The notes under the pieces are model-generated. The model did not search any database, was not told the DNA's origin, and worked only from the letters and a program-made list of their open reading frames with translations. Both the position numbers and the translations under genes were made by a program. A stretch of DNA of 64,000 nt from Octopus sinensis (taxonomy: Eukaryota), in contig NC_042997.1 in NCBI RefSeq assembly GCF_006345805.1, positions 139,314,001-139,378,000 on the forward strand. Reading direction: 5' to 3'. Below, one piece after another: positions 49,413-62,589 of this stretch (its first letter is position 1; each line of letters opens with the position of its first letter).

Positions 49413-49999
49413 TGTAAGAATTAGCACTTCCTTCTCTAAGCTTGGATTCGAAATCAGACCCAAGAATCATTGGTCGTAAAATACCAATGCACAAAAAGGC
49501 GCGAAATCAGAATCTCTTTGTTCTGACAAAAAATGATGGATCGTCTCCCTTCGACCTCTGATCCGAGCAGGTCAGACGAAGTTTAACAGGACGACCAGCG
49601 ACCTACTGTACGCGATAACACTCGTGCGGTATATCTATTTTTCTGGCTATTTGAGATGTTATAAATAGAACGGAGAAATAGGTATCGGCAGAGAACCCTA
49701 ACCAACGCTATTGAGAACGCCACGCATTTATGAGAACGACGAAAGAATATTCAGAAAGGTGACTCTGTACTGCATGATTTACACACACACACACACACAC
49801 ACACCATCAAACATATTCTGCTTTAATGTGTATCATGTATTATGCATTCCTTTAATATGTATTATTTGCAACCACTATTTAATATGCATTTTGTACAAGC
49901 GATGTGTAGCATTGCTTACAAATTGATGTAGTGATAATAAATATTTAATTTATTACAAAGCACTTATGTATTTATTAATACATCCACGCATCCACTACA
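49413..49999 (+). repeat. 3' LTR
   Basis: 587 bp, offset 5283 from the 5' LTR, same (AC)12 length. Confidence 0.97.
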
Positions 50000-50076
50000 G
50001 ACATCTCATACCAGAAAAAAAAATTTGTTCTTATATTGTGCTGAAAGCATTTGATGGATTTCGACTCCTAATATAC

Positions 50077-50309
50077 TTATTTCTTTACTACCCACAAGGG
50101 GCTAAACACAGAGAGGACAAACAAGGACAGACAAACGGAACAAGTCGATTACATCGACCCCAGTGCGTAACTGGTACTTATTTAATCGACCCCGAAAGGA
50201 TGAAAGGCAAAGTCGACCTCGGCGGAATTTGAACTCAGAACGTAACGGCAGACGAAATACCGCTAAGCATTTCTCCCGGCGTGCTAACGATTCTACCAGC
50301 TCATCGCCT
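50077..50309 (-). mobile_element. SINE family A, full length, 18-bp TSD
   Basis: Flanked by TTTCGACTCCTAATATAC (50059-50076) and TTTCGACTCTTAATATAC (50310-50327); same tail subtype as 404-635. Confidence 0.88.
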
Positions 50310-52039
50310 TTTCGACTCTTAATATACCTTTAATATATCTTCAACCTATAGAAAACAAATTACCGAAGTCTTATCTTCTTTGGGCTAAACTAAAGGATGG
50401 AACGGTCATGATAAAAGAAATAAAAGCAATAACTTCATTCATCTTTCAAGTTGAAACTTGCACTACACTGACTAGAGGGAAACCTAGTTCCAGTGATGTG
50501 TACTCAACTAATTTTCTTGCTATCAGGATTTAAAAAAATGAAGTACATAGTGGATAATTTTTGTTTCAGCCATCTGCAGTGAGTGACAAGTATAGACTGC
50601 GATGCAGTTTCTTAGTTAAGCTCCCTAATTCTCGAATCCTGAACTAAGTACTATTTCAATTAATCTTCCCCCGACCCCGACACAGAATGACAACTTTCTG
50701 GAATTGCTTTTCTGTTCATGTTTTCCTCTGCAGCTGTTGAAGAGTATCAATTATTTCGATCTCATACATTTGAGGGAATCTTCAAAAGTGTTGAACAGCG
50801 TCTTCTTTAAGAGTAAATTATTACAAAAGAAAAAAAAAACATGTTGGGTCTATTTCATTACGATTTCACCACCAACCCCTTTGGAAAAAGCATGAACGCC
50901 ACAACTTTCTACCAATCTTTCAATTTCTGTTTTATCCTTTTTTATTTCATTGTTATTCTTTTATTTTTGACCCCCACCCCCAGCCCTCGTTTCTTTCTCA
51001 TTCTCTATTTCTCTTTTCTTGTTATTTTCATTCTCATTCAGTTTTATATTTATTTCTTTTCTCACAACCTACCTCCATCATTTTTTGTCATTTTTTTTCT
51101 CTTCCCTTTTCTTTATTTTTCATGTTCTTTGTTCTAATTTTTTCTATTTATATTCTTTATATTTTGTTTTTATTCTTAACTTTTCGTTCGTCATGTTCCC
51201 TTTCCCATAGTTTATTTATATTTTTCCTTCACTTTTTTTTTACTTTCATGTTTTTGTGTTTGTTTGTTTGTTTTTTTTACTCTCATTCATTATTTCTTTA
51301 TTTCAATCTTCTTTCCTTCCTCTCTCCATTTCTTCTTACGTCAATACATTTTTTCCTTGGCACGTTAATATTTCTCTTACACTATTTTAGAAATATTACG
51401 TCTGTGCACAATTTCAATTCGGTTACGTCGGTCGTGTGTGGTGTGTTGCGTCTTTCAGGTGTCTGTATTGGCTACGTCGGTCTTGTACTGTGTTATAATT
51501 TCTGTGAAATATCTTCAGATGTTATTATATTCGTCAAATGTTTTGTGTTACGTCAGAAAAGTGATTTTGATAAGTTATATCTATATCTAACCTTTTGATA
51601 TGTTGCAACTGTGAAGTATCTTTCGTCTGTAAAGAATGTTTGTTATGTCTTCTATTTACGTATTTTTGAAATTTTACATCTGCGGAAAGCTAGATATTAT
51701 TTCTAATTTTAAAAGTCTGTTTCATACATCTGTCAAAGCAGTATTTTATGTCACATCCGTCAAGAACTATAGTATGTTGACAAAAGGACAACTCTTGTTC
51801 TTTTGTTTTGTTGTGTCAGTAAAATAGCTTTGCTTGTTTTTATAGCTATAAACTATTTCCCATATCTTTCACATGTAAACTCAGTCGTTTGAGATCGTTG
51901 AACCCTCTCGTAGCATTTCCTTCACATTCTTGAACTGAAAATAAACAAAAGCAGTTTGGAATGCATTGTACAAGGATTGTGGCACAAAGTGAATCTTTAC
52001 TTCCCAGAATCATAGCAGTAACAACAATAATAATAGGTT

Positions 52040-52272
52040 TTTTTCTACAATAGGCACAAGGCTTGAAATTTTGGTGGGGGACTAGTCGATTACATAGATC
52101 CCAGTGTTTCACTGGTACTTCATTTATCGACCCCGAAAGTGTAAAAGGCAAAGTCGATCTCGGCGGAATTCCCATTCAAAATGTAAAGACGGACGAGATA
52201 CTGCTAGGTATTTTATCCGGTGTGCTAACGATTCTGCCAGCCTGCCGTCTTAATGGTGCGAAGATGATGATG

Positions 52273-52326
<54 letters not shown>

Positions 52327-52530
52327 GTACAAGGCCAATTATTCCGGGCTAGAGGGGAGAAGTCGCTTACATTGACTCCCAATATTCAAGTGGTGCTTAT
52401 TTTATCGACCCCAAAAAGATGAAAGCAAAGTCAACCTCGAGGGAATTTGAACTCAGAACGAAAAGACGGACGAAGTGCCGCTAAGCATTTTCCCCGACAT
52501 GGTAATGATTCTGCCAGCTTTCCACCTTTA
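52040..52530 (-). mobile_element. Two SINE family A copies separated by (AAT)n
   Basis: Diagnostic GGCAAAGTC..CTCGGCGGAATT and ATTCTGCCAGC motifs occur twice. Confidence 0.8.
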
Positions 52531-52772
52531 TGATGGTGATGATTCTTGCTTTCTTTAGTCTTATTCAAGCACAAAGCCAGTAATTTTGAGAGGTGGCGTT
52601 TAGTTGATTATATCAACTCCTGTACTTGACTGATACTTTATTATATCGAACCACTAAAATGGACAAATTTGACCTCTACCGGATTTGAATTCGGAATATA
52701 AGGAGCTGAACACAAATACCGTAAGACACAGGCCGCTTCTCGTCACCTCTACACTGATCACTTTGCCATGCC

Positions 52773-52871
52773 ACAAATCTCGGATTAGCGTTAACAACTC
52801 TCGGCGGTAACAAATCTCGGATCAGCGCTAACATATCTCGGATTAGCGCTAACAAATCTCAGATCAGCATC
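52773..52871. repeat. ~21-bp minisatellite (AACAAATCTCGGATTAGCGCT), about 4.5 units
   Basis: Direct inspection; one unit is shortened. Confidence 0.8.
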
Positions 52872-53489
52872 TTAACTGATGTCCTAAACATTATATTTTG
52901 TATTTCTTTGCCTCAGATATCGCGGCATAAGTGTTATGAGTGGGTGTAGGTCTCAGAGTTTTCAGATTTTATTTTTTCTTTTGCTGAGTTCTCGGTTCTA
53001 AAATCATGGTAAGCAGTTCCCTAAGCCTTATCACATACAATCGTGAGAATTTCACCCGATATGTCATTTAAGCCGTCTACCAGTTGTTCTTTTAAAAGTG
53101 ACTAGAAACCGCCACTGTTCTTTTAAAAAAAACATTAATTTACGCGTTGTCCGTTCTTGTATGTAATCTTTGGTTCAAGTTGATCTGTCTCTCGGGGTTC
53201 TGAAATGTTTTTTTTTTTTTTGTTTTTTTAACGAGGAAGTACACCATGTCCAGAGCCTCTACCTGGCTTGTCACGCATAAAGAACTAACCCCGTATGTAA
53301 TGTTTTTTTTAATGTTTTGGCTTGACGTAAGCGTTTGTGATCATCTGCATGGGTAAATCCACGATTTTCGAAGCTGTTTGTATGCTAGTAAGTTGAATAA
53401 AGGCATTTATCCATGTAATAATTATCTATCTTCGAAAATTGACCCGAAAAGAACGTCTGATGCTGCAGCGATTAATAATAACAATAATG

Positions 53490-53702
53490 GTTTCAAATTT
53501 TGACACAAGGCCAGCAATTTCGAAGGAGAAGATAAGTCGATTATATCGATCCCAGTGTTCAACTGATACTTATTTTATTGAACCCCGAAAGGATGAAAGG
53601 AAAAGTCGACCTCGGCGGGATTTGAACTCAGAACGTAAAGGCGGGTGAAATGCCACAAAGTATTTTGTCCTGCGTGCTAACGTTTCTGCCAGCCCGCCGC
53701 CT
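53490..53702 (-). mobile_element. SINE family A copy
   Basis: GAAAGGATGAAAGGAAAAGTCGACCTCGGCGGGATTTGAACTCAGAACG..TTTCTGCCAGCCCGCCGCCT. Confidence 0.85.
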
Positions 53703-54148
53703 TATAATGCAAGAAATATTAAAAGAGCATTTTACTGTTAATATACTTGAGAATGAAAAAGAAAGAAGAAGAAGAAGATCATGGTTATCATTAATAATAA
53801 CAAAACGAAGGAGAATGATGACTGAGAAAATAATAGAAATAACTTCCTAGCTTGCTCTGTTTCTTTATTAATATCTTCCTAACTTGCTCACTTGTGAATG
53901 GAAATCGTACATAAACGGAGCTGATATGAACACACCTGAAAACTTTCGAAGGGAGGTAACTCCATCTCACCAGAAGAGGGGGGTTTCTGCTTCGAAAAAA
54001 TTTCGTTTCAGGGATATTTTTTCATCTCCATTAATAAAGAGGTTAAGTACCTTCGGCCTGCAGGTCTCGGAATTTGCTATGTTGCTGCTAAGGACAATAA
54101 TAGACGTGAAACTAACGGTAACTTTCTAAACGGCCATAAGCAATGACT

Positions 54149-54188
<40 letters not shown>

Positions 54189-54195
54189 TATATAT

Positions 54196-54257
<62 letters not shown>

Positions 54258-54946
54258 ATATATGAATATATATTATTGTGTCTGGGGAGAGGCATTCTCT
54301 TTTAGTGTCTTACTATTTAACACACACACCGGTTCGATTTCCACTCATTAGTTTGGGGTTTTTTTCGAAAATTTTCGTTGCGTCTTGCAACCTTTTCAAT
54401 AGTCGTTGACTCTGTCTAGATATACAACTATATGCATGAGAATACATACATGGAACAAAATATACAAATCTGCACACATACATACATGCATACATACATA
54501 CATACATACATACATACATACATACATACATACATACATACATACATACAAACAAACAAAAATACCCTGTTGTTGATGTTGAAATTCCAATGAAGAAGCC
54601 TTGCATCTAGGTTAGAAACCGGCTCTTTCTCTATTGGCAAGAAATCTTGAAATAAAACTGAACAATGACATACATACATATTGAAATAATAAGTTTATTA
54701 TTCGTTTATATTTCAAGTAATACTACTTGAGAAAAAAGATATCCTTAAGATTGCGAATTCACTAAAATCTTGAAGTAAAGGAAATTTTCTATTTTGGACA
54801 TTTCAATTTTATGAAAATATATTGGTATCATTTCGCAATCTTATAACTTTGCCAGTTCTTATTCAAATGACTTCAAACAGCATCTGTAGAAACAGGTCAA
54901 AATTTTATGTCTAATGTTTGATATGTTTATCTTTTCAGGTATAGAA

Positions 54947-55524
54947 ATGGCATTCACTGGAAGAGAAAAGGCGTTTTGTGTGTTGGAGTATACTTGAATA
55001 CGGTCGTACAAGATTGTGCCGCGTGCATTTGTGAGAGAATTCTCTAGAAAATCCCCAACAGTAATGCAGATTTGGACATGGCACAAAAAATTCAAAGAGG
55101 GAGGCTGTCTGTGCAGAGCAAAAGGACTTGAACGACCACTAACATCGGAAGAGACGGTTGAGTGGATTCACCAAAAACTCTTGCGAAGCCCCAAGAAGTC
55201 CATAAGAAGAACAAGTCTGGAAGCACAGATTCCTCCAACGACAGTTTGGCGCGTCCTGAGGAAACGCTTGCTAATGAAACCCTACAAGCTTCAGCTCGTT
55301 CAGACCATAACGGCAGATGACAAGTGAAAGCGCAAACATGGGGCTATGTGAAGGGCCTGGTCTATGCCGCACCTCTTCCTGCAAACCTAGAGGAACCTGA
55401 GCAGAGAACCACTACGGCACTGGAGACTGTTATGCAAGACATGCTGCAGCGTGTTTGGGAGGAGCTGGACAACCGAATTCACGTGTGCCGTGTCTCAGGC
55501 GGTGCGCATATTGAACATTTGTGA
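54947..55524 (+). pseudogene. Tc1/mariner-superfamily transposase (DUF4817-like HTH N-terminus) with the catalytic core deleted
   Basis: MAFTGREKAFCVLEY.., WHKKF, SPKKSIRRTS..IPPTTVWRVLRKRL.MKPYKLQLVQ joined near 55330 to C-terminal WGYVKGLVY..LQRVWEEL..GGAHIEHL*. Confidence 0.8.
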
Positions 55525-55619
55525 AATTGTTCATGGAATCCTCATAATCTTAGAATTTCTCATTCAAATTTGTAGAAATAAATCTTATCTTGCTCAACAT
55601 TAAGCCTGTTTAGTTTCTA

Positions 55620-55772
55620 TCCTAGTACGCAACTAGTACTTAACTTAGTGACCCCGAAAGGGATGAAAGGCAAAGTCGACCTCAGCGGAATTAGAACTCA
55701 GAACGTAAAGACAGACGAAATACCGGTAAGCATTTCGTCCGGCGTGCTAACGTTTCTGCCAGCTCGCCGCCT
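55620..55772 (-). mobile_element. SINE family A copy (5' half)
   Basis: GGCAAAGTCGACCTCAGCGGAATTAGAACTCAGAACGTAAAG..TTTCTGCCAGCTCGCCGCCT. Confidence 0.85.
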
Positions 55773-56267
55773 TATCTTGGAACAATATTTTGAAACCAAT
55801 ATATATTCGAAAGCGTGAAAAATTAACGGGAGGCGACTCTTAGCCACAGACATTTTTATATCAGAGTTGTTTCCCTTGACTTAACTAATATCTTTAAAAA
55901 TTATTCTTTGTTTTCCAGCTTCTAAAGATCGAATTGCAATTTAATGACATTTCGTTTTTCGTTCTTTATTCCAATAATTCAAGGAAATAAATAGTTTCAT
56001 GCTTATTCAACTTTTACGAAGGTAAAATAAAATAACGTTTGTTTTTTTTTTTTATAAGTCTTCCAAACATGGATCATGTTAATATTGTGCCTGTATAGCT
56101 TACCTTTGATGGACATAGATTACAGAAATTCTCGTCAGACTCACTTTAACAAATAACGAAGAGAAAGTGGATATTTAAGTAGAAACACAAAATAATTAGA
56201 AAATCAAGCAATGGAGATGTGAAAAATCTTTAACGATCAAGTATTTAACAAATCCACTTTTATTGAC

Positions 56268-56625
56268 GCTGGCGTGGTTCTATGGTAAGATGTTTGCTTC
56301 CTAACTACATGCTTCTGGGTTCAATCCTACAACGAGGCACCTTGGGCAACTGTCTTCTACTATAGCCCCAGACCAATCAAAGTCGTGTGAATAAATTTGG
56401 AAAGGAAACTGAAACAAGCCCATCGTGTGCGTGTATATGTCTGTATCACAACCGCTTGGCGGTATTGGTTTGTTTACGTCCTCGTAAGTTAGCAAATTCG
56501 GCACAAAGAGATCAACAGATTAAGTAACAGGCTTTAAAAAAATAGCTCTGGAGTCTATGTGTTTGACTAAAACCTTGAAGGTGGTGCTCCAGCGTGGTCC
56601 CAATCTAGTGACTGAAACAAATAAA
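56268..56625 (+). mobile_element. SINE family B plus 3' module, uninterrupted at the site targeted at 11786/16174
   Basis: GCTGGCGTGGTTCTATGGTAAGATGTTTGCTTCCTAACTACATGC..CACCTTGGGCAACTGTCTTCTACTATAGC. Confidence 0.8.
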
Positions 56626-57084
56626 TGAACGCATCTACTTCGTGGAAGAGAAAACTATACAACTATACCTGTATTAAAATAGCTATCATGTAAATTGAAT
56701 AAGTGAAGTTGCCTTCCTACACTTGATACTACAGCCAAATTGCTCTGTTCGATGACATACATAAATACCGGCAATAAAGAGAAACCACTTAAAAGTAAAA
56801 TGAGACTGGTGTTCGTTATCAGTCAGACAATTTGAGACATGCAATATTGTATATGTGAAAATGCGATCCGTGTGGTTATTGTTTAATAAACATGAGTGTA
56901 TATTCTCTACTTGGGAAAGTTATTGGGATGAGCCAAAGAGCTTTTGTGTGATCGCTCGACTTACTGAAAATTGTAGCCAGGCCTTTATCAAATTACTTCT
57001 GACTTTAAAACATATAAAAGAACAACTTAGTCCATACCATGTAAAATGGGGTGGGATATCGTAGTGTTGATCAATGAGAGTTGT

Positions 57085-57347
57085 GATAATAAAAAATTAA
57101 TGCACCCTTTTAAAGCCTAGCCAGGTTCATGGGCCCAATTTCCCAGTTTCTATGGCGTATGTGTTCCCCAGCTGGACAGGACGCCAGTCCATCGCAGCGT
57201 TACTCATTTTTGCCAGAAGAGTAGACTGGAGCAACGTAAAATGAAGTGTTTTGCTCAAGAACACAACGCGTCGCCCGGTCCAGGAATCGAAACCACAATC
57301 CTACGATCATGGTGCTGACACCCTAACCACTAAGCCACGCGCCTCCA
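57085..57347 (-). mobile_element. tRNA-derived SINE (head TGGAGGCGCGTGGCTTAGTGG; GCGATGGACTGGCGTCCTGTCCAG body), 13-bp TSD
   Basis: Exact CAATGAGAGTTGT at 57072-57084 and 57348-57360; A-box and B-box present. Confidence 0.9.
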
Positions 57348-57400
57348 CAATGAGAGTTGTACTGGAGTAAATGACAACAGTAACATCTAGCATATACAGG

Positions 57401-57725
57401 GTAAAGACCCCTTCGGTCATGGATAACTATGAAATTGCACCTAGAAATTTCTCCTTTGAGGCACAAGTCTGGGTAAAGTTGTTTATGGAAGACCAGTAGT
57501 CGTCTACGCAGACCAGCCTCCCCTCTCTACGCCTCTGATGTTATCCAAGGGAAAGGCAAAGGCCAATACAGTTTGGCACCAGTGAGGTCGCAACTCATTT
57601 CTACAACTGAGTGAACTAGGAACTAGATGCTACGTGTCTTACTCAAGAACGCAACACAGCCCGGTCTGGCAATCGAACTCACTACTTCATGATTGTGAGC
57701 CCGACGCTTTAACGACTGAGCCATA
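57401..57725 (-). mobile_element. SINE family C copy (older)
   Basis: Aligns to 6731-7060. Confidence 0.8.
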
Positions 57726-58508
57726 TATGTTCCGGCTATTTGTTTTCTTACGTCTTGGGTTTCCACCACCTTTTACTTTTACCATTCAGTCACTGTCTTC
57801 TGTTTGTGTGTTGAATTCAATAGTGCAGCGAGTTACTGTAACCCTACAAGCACAAACACACACCCAATTAGCTAGACAGATAGCAGCTAGACAGATAGCA
57901 GGCAGATAGGCAGGCAGGCAGCCAGCCAGCCAACCAGTCAAACAGACAGGCAAGCAAGCAGACAGACAGACAGGCAGACAGACAGACAGACAGACAGACG
58001 GACGGACGGACGGACGGACGGACGGATGGATGGATGGGTTTCCGTACACCAAATTCGCTCACAAGGTATTGATAGTCCCTCGGTCTATACTGGAAGATAC
58101 TTGCCCAAAGTTCCCAAAGCACAGTGGGAATTGAACTCGAAACTAAGCAGTTGCAGAGCGAGCTTTTAACAGTACAGTCATGTCTGCGCCGATTTCAATA
58201 TTTCTCCCAAGTTAGGGAAATAAAATGGTAGAAACGTTAAAACTGCGAAGCATTTCTTTGAGTATTTATTCTCTGTGTTCTGAGTTGCTTTGTTGTTAAT
58301 TCAATGTAGTATCAATGAGTTGGGTGACAGGAAAGTACGACACTTGTGCGGAAAACAATGCAGTTGTCTCTTTAATAATAGATACATGAAAATAAGTATC
58401 TATTGAAAAGGTTGTTGACATTTTTATAGCATAAGTATGCGCGCGTATGTATCTGTGTGTGGACACATACACACAAACACACACACATATATACATACAC
58501 ACACACAA

Positions 58509-58571
<63 letters not shown>

Positions 58572-58624
58572 ACACACACACATACATACATACATACATA
58601 CATACATACATACATACATACATA

Positions 58625-58665
<41 letters not shown>

Positions 58666-58782
58666 CACACACACAAACACACATATGAATAATATATAGT
58701 CTTTTGACTAGTTTTTTCTTCTCGCTAGACCACTGGTAGCAAAGAATTTTTCTAAATTTTCTTTTTGCTACCCTAAGATTTA

Positions 58783-58862
<80 letters not shown>

Positions 58863-58902
58863 CTCGGGATGGTCTAAGCGAAGCACACACGAGGACGGAA
58901 AG

Positions 58903-58947
58903 TGTCGCTGAAGAGGTCACAGATGTGTGACGAAAGATTTCCGGACA
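58903..58947 (+). ncRNA. Decayed type I hammerhead ribozyme
   Basis: CTGAAGA 58908-58914; GTCACA/TGTGAC stem II with one extra G; GAAA 58932-58935; GATTTC (AGATCT palindrome with one change); bulged stem I TGTCG/CGGACA. Confidence 0.5.
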
Positions 58948-59104
58948 ATGGTCATGAATTAAAATAAGAACAGTACTAAACGAGTGAAGAACGAATATAT
59001 AATGCATGTGTTTATTTGGTAAAAAAAAAGACCATCCCGAAATACAACAATATCTGTTTCAACACACGGTTTCACATCAGGAATCTCGCAACAGATTTAT
59101 AAAC

Positions 59105-59145
<41 letters not shown>

Positions 59146-59149
59146 TACA

Positions 59150-59384
59150 TATATATAAGGGCTTAGTAAAATAAATTACTTTGCCACATACTGAACTCAT
59201 TAGAAATAGCAGCTAAAGAAATTTCTTCAGCTATTTCTAATACTTAAAGAAGATCTCTCTCAGATACTATCTGAGAGAGATCTTCTTTAAGTATTAGAAA
59301 TAGCTGAAGAAATTTCTTTAGCTGCTATTTCTAATGAGTTCAGTATGTGGCAAAGTAATTTATTTTACTAAGCCCTTATATATA
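59150..59384. repeat. Perfect palindrome, 117-bp arms, 1-nt spacer (59267)
   Basis: Arm-to-arm comparison shows no mismatch; extends to 59139-59396 with one indel. Confidence 0.92.
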
Positions 59385-59487
59385 ATGTAATATTTTGAAT
59401 TCGCCTATAATGGTCCCTTTACATACTGAATACTTGGTGAAATTGATTAATAATTAATTAATTTTACCCTCAATTGTTGAAATTATA

Positions 59488-59572
<85 letters not shown>

Positions 59573-60003
59573 TGTACGTACGTATGTATGTATATACAAG
59601 TACGTATACAACAATATGGACAAGAATGGAGAGTTACATCCTTAATTAATGATTGCACCGTACGTTACCGACGGTCGTTTCTTTTGTGCCAGCATATTTA
59701 GATATAGAGAGAAATGATATAAAATACCAGTCAAACCAATATATCCGAAAATTTATGCTAACACGATGTTATCAGCGTAACCGAAAGCAGGCTAAATTCA
59801 AAGTGAACAGAGACATCTCTAATATGTGAACGCTGAATTGTGTTATTGCATTGTCTTTTACAATGGCCGGAGGACAATTACAGCTTTATCCAGAAGTGAA
59901 AGTTTTTTTTTAATGAAAATAATACAGAATGTACAATCTCAAAACAGTAGCTTCCAACCATCTAAAACCTTTCACATTTTCCGTGTAATTTAATAATTTA
60001 ACA

Positions 60004-60080
<77 letters not shown>

Positions 60081-60178
60081 ATGTATGTAAGTATGTATGT
60101 ATGTATGTATGTATGTATGTATGTATGTATGTATGTATGTAGAGACATAACACCACTTTGTATATATGTACATATGTA

Positions 60179-61462
60179 GAAGAGGAAATCAAAAATTACT
60201 CAGTTTTGCCAAAACTTTCTTTATGTTGGCTACACTGCCTTCAGCACTTACGTGCTAAAAGGTGGTACGTTTGTGGTTACATAACCGATGTCTGACATTG
60301 ATTGCTCCAGTTTTCTTTCGTGACCTACAGAGTAAATATGGCCCTTCTCAAGTCGTGTGCACCAAGGAAGAACAGAGCTCAGTGGCACGACACTCTCAGG
60401 TTTGAAAGTGTATCAGGAGCTGAAATTCAGCGAAGTCTTTCAATAGGATGCGAGGACAGCGCTTTCCCGCGTTGAAGTGTGTATGAGTCGATCGAGAAGT
60501 TCAAAAATGGCTAGACAAGTATGAAACACGAAAGAGAGTGGGGCGCCGTCAACCTCTACCACTCACGTGAAGATTCAACAAGCTTGAGAAGATTCAACAA
60601 GCAAACTGACAAGTGACCATCGATGAGATGACATAGTCTCTGCAAACTGGTTATAGTTCTGCATACGAAATCATTCACGAGAAGCTTTGCTTTTGGTAAG
60701 TCTGTATAAGATGGCTTCCAAAAGAGCTTACTGAAGTACATATGCATAGTTGTGTGAAGCTCTGTCAACGTTAACTTGATCGCTACAACGATGAAGGTGA
60801 AGCTTCTTTGGAGAGAATAGTCACGGGAGATGAGACCTTGATCTATCACTTTGAGCCAAAATCTAAAAACGCAGTGTTAGGAGTGGAAACACCCGGATAT
60901 ACCAGCAGAAAAGAAATTCAAGACTCAGCCTTCTGCAGAAAAGTGGTTTTAACCATTTTGAGGGACGCAGAAGGGCCTATACAGGAAGATTACTCTAAAA
61001 AGGGGTCTGCAGTCTGCTAACCAACAAACTGAAACCAGCAACACGTACCAAACACTGAGAGCTATTGTCAAAGCATGTGTTGTTGCATGATAATGCATGC
61101 TCACATACGGCCACCCATGCCGTCGAAACCATGGAAAAATTGGATTTCGAGTAACTGGAATACTTTGCATATTGTCCAATTCTCGTCCTTTCCGACTATC
61201 ACCTCTTTGGACCGCTCAAACATCTTGTACGTAATTGTCGATTTGCTACTTTAAAGAAGCGCTGGAAACGGGGCATAAATGGCTGAGCAGTCATCTCTAA
61301 AACTTCTTCTCCGATGGAATAAACCAGCTTATAGATCTCTAGAAGAGATGTCTCGAAAAGCGCAAGGAGACAATGTCGAAAAATGATGAAATTCTTCAAC
61401 CCTTGCTTCCGTTTTAATACATTACAGAAACAAGATAGCGTATAATTTTTGATTTACTCTCA
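60179..61462 (+). mobile_element. Full-length but decayed mariner element, ~1.28 kb
   Basis: TIR-like GAGGAAATCAAAAATTA versus right-end reverse complement GAGTAAATCAAAAATTA. Fragments CTKEEQ, IEKFKNG, RIVTGDETLIYHFEP, LHDNA, SDYHLFGPLK. Confidence 0.8.
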
Positions 61463-62589
61463 TAGTTGTGTGAGTGTATGTGTGTGCCTAATATTACTTA
61501 CTAAATATTACTAGTTTACTTCTGCTGTTGATGATATGTATTTTATACAATGATGGCACTAAATACAATTCTTCACGTCCCACACTCTTATCACACCAGT
61601 TACTCTTATTGCAAAAGCTTCGCTTTCTTTTCGTTGTTTAATATTACTTTGAAAATTATCGTTATTATATACATTTTCTGCAAAAAAAAAGAAACAAAGA
61701 AACAATTTGCACAAGAATATAAACCGACGCAAACAGAAATGTTGTTTCAAAGATTAATCAACGAGAAGAAATGAACTGACGCTCTTGATCTTTTGCAGAA
61801 TGAAACTAGTAACATTAGGGTTCGAATTCATGTGTTTGTTTGTTGTATTAGAAAGCATAAGAGTCAGGTTAAAGATATCATCACAGGTTGATGAGATCTG
61901 CTAGTGCTATCATGTAAACACGTACTACCCGTTCCATGGTGGAGTAGTCGAGAATACTTTTGCTATAATGCCATAAACGCGCTGCAAATCGTACAATAGA
62001 TGTCGACGATGAGTATAAATCATACCAAAGAATCCAGTTATCCTCACGGCATTATACCTGGTAGACGTGCTTGAAGCAGAGTGGATTCCGCTCGTTAAAG
62101 ACACTCAACGGCTAAATTTTTCGATCGTTGGCTTGTGTAGCTACAGCCATATTTCCGAAGTTTGGTTTTGGGTGAATAAAGGAACGTGATACCCCTTTCT
62201 GGTAGATTTGATGTTCTCTTTCAGTCACCGCTCAATCTTGCAGACGCTGCTTCCATGGTTCGATTTGTACAGCCGTTCAAGGCCGCAGTTTTCCGCTATC
62301 TGCTGTATAGGACACTGCAGAAGCTTCCAATGGCGTCGGCTTTTGAGGTTAGCTCTACATTGCAAGGGCTTCAGACACCTGATTTTCCTCATTTCAACAA
62401 GTTCGTATTCGAAAGCAAACCTGAGAACGAAACTGATTTTAAGAGAGGCCTATGCTGCTAGTTATTCTAATTGAGCCTTCTCTGGGGTGAATTTTTCTTG
62501 TCTATTGCTTCCGTTGGCTAACCTGAACCACTTTATTGATTACTTTGGTATCCTCTTCTTTAGTTCTTGTATTACCAGTGTCTCTTTGT

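Larger units (their letters stand above)
44130..49999 (+). mobile_element. Full-length Ty3/Gypsy LTR retrotransposon, 5870 bp
   Basis: 587-bp LTRs (TGTA...TACA), 4-bp TSD GACA (44126-44129, 50000-50003), PBS, PPT, and gag then PR-RT-RH-IN domain order. Confidence 0.97.

Noticed and set aside
50900-51360. Phe/Leu-rich ORFs resembling membrane proteins
   Set aside because: Arise from a T-rich polypyrimidine low-complexity tract.
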